Below, piece by piece: positions 21,688-31,200 of a DNA stretch of 35,798 nt. The stretch spans positions 1-35,798 of the forward strand of contig NIVC01003979.1 in the NCBI GenBank assembly GCA_002269645.1. Reading direction: 5' to 3'. The notes under the pieces are model-generated. The model did not search any database, was not told where the DNA came from, and saw only the letters and a list, made by a program, of their open reading frames with translations. Position numbers and translations under genes: made by a program. Source of the stretch: Macrostomum lignano. Its lineage: Eukaryota. Numbering within the stretch: position 1 is the stretch's first letter; each line of letters begins with the position of its first letter.

Positions 21688-22950
21688 CTAATCAGTGCCG
21701 CTGGTGTTGCAGCTCACGTGGTACCAGGTGATGGCATCCATCAGGTTCGGGTCCGTGCCCTTCACGCACTGGCAGTCGGCGCCTCTCACCTTCATGGTGG
21801 CTCCCGGCTCGTAGAACACATTGCGACCCTCGGCCTCGTTCCACACCTCGCAGCCATTGAGGCGGCACACCCACTCGGTCTGGTCGCTGCGCCGGCGGCC
21901 AAGGATGTAGGCGAAGCCGCACCTGCACAGGTCGTTGCCGACCGTCTTCTCGGCGCCGTACGTGTCGCACGGCTCACCGCAGCTGGCCACGGCGAACAGG
22001 CTGCGGGTTTGCGGGGTGGGGGTTAGTGTCTGGTACAGGACTTCCATTGTCCCCTGTTGGACAGGTGTCTGATACAGCTGACTATCATTGTCATCTGTTG
22101 GACAGGTGTCTGGTACAGCTGACTATCATTGTCACCTGTTGGACAGGTGTCTGATACAGCTGACTATCATTGTCCCCTGTTGGACAGGTGTCTGATACAG
22201 CTGACTATCATTGTCACCTGTTGGACAGGTGTCTGGTACAGCTGACTTCCAGTGTCACTTGTTGGACAGGTGTCTGGTACAGGACTCCAGTGTCACTTGT
22301 TGGACAGGTGTCTGGTACAGGACTTCCAGTGTCACCTGTTGGACAGATGTCTGGTACAGGACTTCCAGTGTCACCTGTTGGACAGGTGTCTGGTACAGCT
22401 GACTTCCAGTGTCACTTGTTGGACAGGTGTCTGGTACAGGACTTCCAGTGTCACCTGTTGGACAGGTGTCTGGTACAGGACTTCCAGTGTCACCTGTTGG
22501 ACAGGTGTCTGGTACAGCTGACTTCCAGTGTCACTTGTTGGACAGGTGTCTGGTACAGGACTCCAGTGTCACCTGTTGGACAGGTGTCTGGTACAGGACT
22601 TTCAGTGTCACCTGTTGGACAGGTGTCTGGTACAGCTGACTTCCAGTGTCACTTGTTGGACAGGTGTCTGGTACAGGACTCCAGTGTCACCTGTTGGACA
22701 GATGTCTGATACAGGACTCCCATTGTCACCTGTTGGACAGGTGTCTGATAAAGGACTCCCACTGTCACCTGTTGGACAGGTGTCTGATGCAGCTGACCTC
22801 CATTGTCACCTGTTGGACAGGTGTCTGATACAGGTGTCAGTCCCAGAAGTCCTAGTCACGTCTCCTACTCATCTAAAATCCAACCAGTTAAACAAAAGAA
22901 GCTCACCATGTCACCAGGACAGCCGCAGCTCCGAAGGTCTTGGCAATCAT
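21688..22950 (-). CDS. Secreted small Cys-rich protein (118 aa), left copy
   Basis: Exon 1 22950-22907 (MIAKTFGAAAVLVT+TG|GTGAGC), exon 2 22000-21688; joins to MIAKTFGAAAVLVTCLFAVASCGEPCDTYG... with a hydrophobic signal peptide and 8 Cys in the mature part. Confidence 0.85.
22048..22835. repeat. 38-41-bp minisatellite in the intron of the left secreted-protein gene
   Basis: About 20 units of CAGTGTCACCTGTTGGACAGGTGTCTGGTACAGGACTTC and variants. Confidence 0.96.
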
Positions 22951-23529
22951 ATCGATGGCTGTGGAGTTTCTGCAGAATATTTCTCTGTAGAAGGCTTTAC
23001 TTGTCTCGTTGCAGAGCAAAGTTTGTCTCAATGGGCAGCAGGACCTGCTTATTTTTATAGACTCTGGCACGTTGACAATGCACTGCGTTATTTGGGGAGC
23101 AGGTCGGTTCTTTAATTATTTAGTAATTGTTTTCATTGCATAATCAGGTACCTCGATTTCTAAATATTCAGAATGTATTCAGAGAACACAATAAATTGCT
23201 AGTCATAGCCAACACAGATACATGTAAGAAAACATAATGGATTGCTAGACTAGCCAAACACAGATAGGAGAGAAGAATGGATTGCTAGACTCTGCACAAG
23301 ATTACAAAAGAGATTATTAACAAATTCGTTTTTGCTTGTCCTTCAAAGAACTAAAACTTTATTTAAAGATTATTAAAATTCTTTAAACTGATAGATCTGC
23401 CCGATCCAGCACTTGCTGCACACTATTTAGAAATCGAGGTACCTGATTATGCAATGAAAACAATTGATAAATAATTAAAGAAGCAACCTGCCCATCCATA
23501 ACGCAGTGACGTGTCAACGTGCCAGAGTC

Positions 23530-23536
23530 TATAAAA
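23530..23536 (+). promoter_or_regulatory. TATA box (TATAAAA) of the right secreted-protein gene, mirrored in the left arm
   Basis: Canonical TATAAAA ~110 bp upstream of ATG 23639; TTTTATA at the equivalent position in the left arm (~23053-23059). Confidence 0.6.
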
Positions 23537-23638
23537 ATAAGCAGGTCCTGCTGCCCATTGAGACAAAATTAGCTCTGCAACGAGACAAGTAAAGCCTTCT
23601 ACAGAGAAATATTCTGCAGAAACTCCACAGCCATCGAT

Positions 23639-24495
23639 ATGATTGCCAAGACCTTCGGAGCTGCGGCTGTCCTGGTGACATGGTGAGCTTCTTTTGTTTA
23701 ACTGGTTGGATTTTAGATGAGTAGGAGACGTGACTAGGACTTCTGGGACTGACACCTGTCCAACAGGTGACAATGGAAGTCCTGTATCAGACACCTGTCC
23801 AACAGGTGACAATGAAAGTCAGCTGTATCAGACATCTGTCCATCAGGTGACAACGAAAGTCAGCTGTATCAGACACCTGTCCAACAGGTGACAATGAAAG
23901 TCAGCTGTATCAGACACCTGTCCAACAGGTGACACTGGAAGTCCTGTATCAGACACCTGTCGAACAGGAGACACTGGAAGTCCTGTATCAGACACCTTTC
24001 CAACAGGTGACAATGAAAGTCAGCTGTATCAGACACCTGTCCAACAGGGGACAATGATAGTCAGCTGTATCAGACACCTGTCCAACAGGGGACAATGATA
24101 GTCAGCTGTATCAGACACCTGTCCAACAGGGGACAATGGAAGTCCTGTACCAGACACTAACCCCCACCCCGCAAACCCGCAGCCTGTTCGCCGTGGCCAG
24201 CTGCGGTGAGCCGTGCGACACGTACGGCGCCGAGAAGACGGTCGGCAACGACCTGTGCAGGTGCGGCTTCGCCTACATCCTTGGCCGCCGGCGCAGCGAC
24301 CAGACCGAGTGGGTGTGCCGCCTCAATGGCTGCGAGGTGTGGAACGAGGCCGAGGGTCGCAATGTGTTCTACGAGCCGGGAGCCACCATGAAGGTGAGAG
24401 GCGCCGACTGCCAGTGCGTGAAGGGCACGGACCCGAACCTGATGGATGCCATCACCTGGTACCACGTGAGCTGCAACACCAGCGGCACTGATTAG
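23639..24495 (+). CDS. Secreted small Cys-rich protein (118 aa), right copy
   Basis: Exon 1 23639-23682 (donor GTGAGC), exon 2 24183-24495 (branch-point-like CACTAAC at ~24154-24160, acceptor CCGCAG). Protein identical to the left copy. Confidence 0.87.
23752..24150. repeat. Mirror copy of the 38-41-bp minisatellite (about 10 units) in the intron of the right gene
   Basis: Reverse complement of the 22048-22835 unit with fewer copies. Confidence 0.95.
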
Positions 24496-25206
24496 GAGGC
24501 TGGTGTGGTCATTGGGTCTTTAAACTGACTGATGCGGTACATCCTTGACTGACGGGTGACGGTTTGACTTTAAATTTCATTTTAATCACTCAGTCATGTT
24601 ATTTTTTTATTGTATATTGTGTAGGCTATATACTAGCAATCTACTGTTGTTTACTGTCCGTGAATTAGTCACTTCCTATCAGTGCTTAAATATAATGAGT
24701 ATGATTAATTGATTTGATAATACCATAGTAATAAATAAATAATAATAAACAATACTATCCATTGCCAAGTAAATAATTATAATAGTACGTATTTAAAGTA
24801 AATTTAAACGAAAGTCAAGGTCAAAATGCTTAAATTTTAATCACAGCATCAGTAAAAGCAACGAATTCATAGTTAGTGTAAACTTGCCTCTATATATTTT
24901 ATTGCTCAATTTTGTTTAACTGCAGCAAAAAAATTAACAAAAGAAGCGATAAGGCAGCAGGTTACAAAAGTATAAAATTTGAGACTAGAAGCTTTGATTA
25001 GGGTTTGATAATTGACTTCTTTAGTAAAAATCAAGTTTGACCGCACAAGCGGCTAAATATAACAATATTGAAATTATTGAAAAAAATGGATTATTGCACG
25101 TTTAAGATACAGAAATTTCATTTTAGAGAAATTTTATCAACAAATATTCGTTCATTGCACAGAAAACACTTGGATAGCTGAACCGTTATGGCACATTCAG
25201 TGTCGG

Positions 25207-28200
25207 TTATTTCTTCTTTGCGAACCCGGTATCGAAGTCTTTTTGACTCTCCTGAAATTTAAGTGCATGCCAGACATGTCAGAAAAATAAGATAACATCG
25301 GGATCAGGTGACATCGGGATCAGGTGACATCGGGATCAGGTGACATCGGGATCAGGTGACATCGGGATCAGGTGACATCGGGATCAGGTGACATCGGGAT
25401 CAGGTGACATCGGGATCAGGTGACATCGGGATCAGGTGACATCGGGATCAGGTGACATCGGGATCAGGTGACATCGGGATCAGGTGACATCGGGATCAGG
25501 TGACATCGGGATCAGGTGACATCGGGATCAGGTGACATCGGGATCAGGTGACATCGGGATCAGGTGACATCGGGATCAGGTGACATCGGGATCAGGTGAC
25601 ATCGGGATCAGGTGACATCGGGATCAGGTGACATCGGGATCAGGTGACATCGGGATCAGGTGACATCGGGATCAGGTGACATCGGGATCAGGTGACATCG
25701 GGATCAGGTGACATCGGGATCAGGTGACATCGGGATCAGGTGACATCGGGATCAGGTGACATCGGGATCAGGTGACATCGGGATCAGGTGACATCGGGAT
25801 CAGGTGACATCGGGATCAGGTGACATCGGGATCAGGTGACATCGGGATCAGGTGACATCGGGATCAGGTGACATCGGGATCAGGTGACATCGGGATCAGG
25901 TGACATCGGGATCAGGTGACATCGGGATCAGGTGACATCGGGATCAGGTGACATCGGGATCAGGTGACATCGGGATCAGGTGACATCGGGATCAGGTGAC
26001 ATCGGGATCAGGTGACATCGGGATCAGGTGACATCGGGATCAGGTGACATCGGGATCAGGTGACATCGGGATCAGGTGACATCGGGATCAGGTGACATCG
26101 GGATCAGGTGACATCGGGATCAGGTGACATCGGGATCAGGTGACATCGGGATCAGGTGACATCGGGATCAGGTGACATCGGGATCAAATGTTCTCTTGCC
26201 TCCGCTAGCTCGACCAGGCGTTGCAGAGCCTCCTCGCTGAGGTCAAAGTCCTCCACTACGGACCAGGTGCCCTTCGGCTGAAATCTGACTGGAAAGCTGA
26301 ACACCACGCCCTCCGGGATGCCGTACCAGCCTGGGGGTTTTTTGCATGGTTCAAAATCATTGCCTTGAAGCAAGCGAATAAAACTTAAGAAATAAATCAT
26401 TAGTACAGGAGGGAGAACTCAGTCACATTGGTACAGGATCAGTGGGAGAACTCAGTCACATTGGTACAGGATCAGTGGGAGAACTCAGTCACATTGGTAC
26501 AGGATCAGTGGGAGAACTCAGTCACATTGGTACAGGATCAGTGGGAGAACTCAGTCACATTGGTACAGGATCAGTGGGAGAACTCAGTCACATTGGTACA
26601 GGATCAGTGGGAGAACTCAGTCACATTGGTACAGGATAAGTGGGAGAACTCAGTCACATTGGTACAGAAGCCGGAGCAGTGCTCACCCTTGGATGCGATG
26701 CCCAGCGAGGTGACGCCGCCTCCGGCCGCCTGTCCGAGCCACCAATCTCGTAGGGTGTCGGCCGTGGCCCGGGCGAGGCTGGCCGCAAAGTGTCCGGCCG
26801 CCTTGCCGTCGGTCGGCCAGAGACTCTCGGCCTGCCGCTTGGCCAGCAGCCTGGGCAGATCGGTCTGGACCCATTCCTGGTCCCACAACGGCTCGGACAG
26901 TGGCCGCTTGTACCAATCTGGCCCGGTCACGGCGCCAGTCTCCTCGCCGCCCAGGTTGGCGCGGTCCAGCTCCGGCCAGTGGCCGCCGGCCGGGTCACCC
27001 CAGATGACCAGGTCGCCCACGCATGCCGGATTCACCTCGTAGCGGCCCTGGCCGAGCCGGGCGGCTACGGCGCCCTTGGCCCAGCGCTCCATCAGGCGCG
27101 GAGTGGCGGCCACCCTGTCCGGGTGTGGGGCCGAGGGGCCACCGCCGCGGGCCCGGCCAGCCGCGGACCATTCGAGAAGGACGCGAGCGCCGAAGTTCAC
27201 CGGGGCGCGGCCGGAGACGAGGATTCTGGGATGGGGTGGTCGGGGTATTTGAGCGATTGGGAAACTGATCTCTAGTTAGCTGGTTAGTGGGGGCCGTAGC
27301 CCAGTGATGAGTTAGCGGCCCAGGCTCGATTCCAAGTGCAGTCACCATTAATTTGAGGCTAAATTGGAATCTCGGCTTGGCTCTGTTCGTGCAATTAACG
27401 CCCTTGAGGACCAACCCCCAAGGCACAGTGAAGTGTACATGCCTAACGATAAATAAAGTTAGGGCCGCTGTACACTCCTGTGTGAGTGTGTGCCTGCTCA
27501 GGGGAGTCGGCGGAATGGGCAGTAATGCCTCTCGCCGGTTGTGTGACAATGTCGCTTAAAGTGCGCCAGGGTGCACATGGCCCTCTGCCTGTGATAACAA
27601 AGGAAGCATGCAGCATCATCAGCAGCAGCACCTCCAGCACCGGCTGCGGGCAGTGCGACTCGACGCGGATGATGCGGCCTGCCAGCTGGAGCCGCCGACG
27701 GCAGTTACTAATCCTACAGATTAAAATTACATGTACCTAATGGATTTCAGGTAACGTAGTTTAGCAGTGCTCTCACCGAATGCCGGCGGGCCCGCCGCAG
27801 CCAGCCGCCTGGATGGCGGCCGCGTACTCCGCATACAGACTGGCGTAGCGCCTCAGCCAATGGGAGCGAGCCTCGCCCTGATTGGCTGGCGAGTCACCCG
27901 ACGCTGCTGACTGCGACGGCTCGAGTTCGTCCAGCAACACCAGCAGTTCGGCGCCGGCCAGCGCGTCTGCGAGACTTCGCGTGCATCTGATGGAGCGGAC
28001 AAGCGGCTGGGCCAGGTCCGTGACTTCCATGGCCAGACCCTTGGTAATTTGAGGAGTGAGTGTTGAGTTTTTTAAGTTATTTCGTTCACAAATATTTATT
28101 TAGGGGCGTAGCCAGGGAGGGGCAAGGGCTGTACTTCCATCTCCCTAACCGGATGGCAAAGTCTATGGCGCCCCTGGTGCTAAAGCCTCTGGTGCTGGCG

Positions 28201-31200
28201 CCCCTGGTGCTAAAGGCCTTCAAATTAAATGGCACTCCCTCCCTTAAAAATTCTGGCTAAGCCCCCATATCATATTAACAAACTAAACGCATTGCGGTAT
28301 ACAAATAGAAAAACAAAATTAATGTGAGTCCAACAAACAATTACGAGTATTTTTGACTTGCCTTGATTTGTGAATAAAAAATGGAGGTAGCGCAAAGCCA
28401 ACTTGCATACCATGTTGATGTAATTGCCTCCCGTGTAACAATCAGTCTCAAAAACTGCACAGGTTTTTATTGTTGCCATTTTAGCAGTTTCAAGATACTA
28501 TTTAAAAAAGGTTCATAATTTTTATGCCTGGCTTCTAATTAGTATCTCTTCATTCAATGGATATTGAGATAGACACTTGGGATGTCTTGACAGAAAACTA
28601 ATTATACCTTATCTTCATATCTCCTGTCTCACCTATCTTTCCCCTAACTCTCCCCTACCTCTCCCCTATCTCTCCCCTACCTCTCCCCTACATCTCCCCT
28701 ACCTCTCCCCTACATCTCCTCTACCTCTCCCCTACCTCTCCCCTAACTCTCCCCTACCTCTCCCCTACATCTCCCCTACCTCTCCCCTACCTCTCCCCTA
28801 CATCTCCTCTACCTCTCCCCTACCTCTCCCCTAACTCTCCCCTACCTCTCCCCTACATCTCCCCTACCTCTCCTCTACCTCTCCCCTACCTCTCCCCTAC
28901 CTCTCCCCTACCTCTCCCCTACATCTCCTCTACCTCTCCCCTACCTCTCCTCTACCTCTCCCCTACCTCTCCCCTACCTCTCCCCTACATCTCCTCTACC
29001 TCTCCCCTACCTCTCCCTACCTCTCCCCTACCTCTCCCCTACATCTCCCCTACCTCTCCTCTACCTCTCCCCTACCTCTCCCCTACCTCTCCCCTAACTC
29101 TCCCCTACCTCTCCCCTACCTCTCCCCTATCTCTCCCCTACCTCTCCCCTACATCTCCCCTACATCTCCCCTACCTCTCCCCTACATCTCCCCTACATCT
29201 CCCCTACATCTCCCCTACCTCTCCCCTACATCTCCCCTACATCTCCCCTACATCTCCCCTACCTCTCCCCTACCTCTCCCCTACCTCTCCCCTACATCTC
29301 CCCTACCTCTCCCCTAACTCTCCCCTACCTCTCCCCTATCTCTCCCCTACCTCTCCCCTATCTCTCCCCTACCTCTCCCCTACATCTCCCCTACCTCTCC
29401 CCTACATCTCCTCTACCTCTCCCTACCTCTCCCCTACCTCTCCCCTACCTCTCCCCTACATCTCCCCTACCTCTCCTCTACCTCTCCCCTACCTCTCCCC
29501 TACCTCTCCCCTAACTCTCCCCTACCTCTCCCCTACCTCTCCCCTATCTCTCCCCTACCTCTCCCCTACATCTCCCCTACATCTCCCCTACCTCTCCCCT
29601 ACATCTCCCCTACCTCTCCCCTACATCTCCTCTACCTCTCCCCTACCTCTCCCCTACCTCTCCCCTACATCTCCCCTACCTCTCCCCTACATCTCCCCTA
29701 CCTCTCCCCTACCTCTCCCCTACCTCTCCCCTACATCTCCTCTACCTCTCCCCTACCTCTCCCCTACCTCTCCCCTAACTCTCCCCTACCTCTCCCCTAT
29801 CTCTCCCCTACCTCTCCCCTATCTCTCCCCTACCTCTCCCCTACATCTCCCCTACATCTCCCCTACATCTCCTCTACCTCTCCCCTACCTCTCCCCTACC
29901 TCTCCCCTACATCTCCCCTACCTCTCCCCTACCTCTCCCCTACCTCTCCCTACCTCTCCCCTACCTCTCCCCTACATCTCCTCTACCTCTCCCCTACCTC
30001 TCCCCTACCTCTCCCCTAACTCTCCCCTACCTCTCCCCTATCTCTCCCCTACCTCTCCCCTATCTCTCCCCTACCTCTCCCTTACATCTCCCCTACCTCT
30101 CCCCTATCTCTCCCCTACCTCTCCCCTACCTCTCCCCTACCTCTCCCCTACCTCTCCCCTACATCTCCCCTACCTCTCCTCTACCTCTCCCCTACCTCTC
30201 CCCTACCTCTCCCCTAACTCTCCCCTACCTCTCCCCTACCTCTCCCCTACCTCTCCCCTACCTCTCCCTACATCTCCCCTACATCTCCCCTACCTCTCCC
30301 CTACATCTCCCCTACATCTCCCCTACCTCTCCCCTACATCTCCTCTACCTCTCCCCTACCTCTCCCTACATCTCCCCTACCTCTCCCCTACATCTCCCCT
30401 ACCTCTCCCCTACCTCTCCCCTACCTCTCCCCTAACTCTCCCCTACATCTCCCCTATCTCTCCCCTACCTCTCCCCTACATCTCCCCTACATCTCCCCTA
30501 CATCTCCTCTACCTCTCCCCTACCTCTCCCCTACCTCTCCCCTACCTCTCCCCTACCTCTCCCCTACCTCTCCCCTACATCTCCTCTACCTCTCCCCTAC
30601 CTCTCCCCTACCTCTCCCCTACATCTCCCCTACCTCTCCCCTACATCTCCTCTACCTCTCCCCTACATCTCCCCTACCTCTCTACCCTATCTGTCCCCTA
30701 TCTGTCCCCTATATTTCCCTTATCTCTCCCCTATCTCTCCTCTACCTCTCCCCTACCTCTCCCTACCTCTCCCCTAACTCTCCCCTACCTCTCCCCTATC
30801 TCTCCCTACCTCTCCCCTATCTCTCCCCTACCTCTCCCCTACATCTCCCCTACCTCTCCCCTACATCTCCTCTACCTCTCCCCTACCTCTCCCCTACCTC
30901 TCCCTACCTCTCCCCTACATCTCCCCTACCTCTCCTCTACCTCTCCCCTACCTCTCCCCTACCTCTCCCCTAACTCTCCCCTACCTCTCCCCTATCTCTC
31001 CCCTACCTCTCCCTACATCTCCCCTACATCTCCCCTACCTCTCCCCTACATCTCCCCTACATCTCCCCTACATCTCCTCTACCTCTCCCCTACCTCTCCC
31101 CTACCTCTCCCCTACATCTCCCCTACCTCTCCCCTACATCTCCCCTACCTCTCCCCTACCTCTCCCCTAACTCTCCCCTACCTCTCCCCTACATCTCCTC

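Larger units (their letters stand above)
21580..24603. repeat. ~3-kb palindrome (inverted segmental duplication): arms 21580-23166 and 23424-24603, 257-bp spacer
   Basis: Arm ends matched by eye (ACATGACTGAGTGATT / AATCACTCAGTCATGT outside; CCTCGATTTCTAAATA / TATTTAGAAATCGAGG inside). The ORF track gives identical translations in several frames on opposite strands. Confidence 0.97.

Noticed and set aside
24136-24182. ATG 24136 (and 22047) as the start of the Cys-rich protein
   Set aside because: It lies in the last minisatellite unit, upstream of a branch point and acceptor; the spliced signal-peptide exon gives a far more coherent protein.
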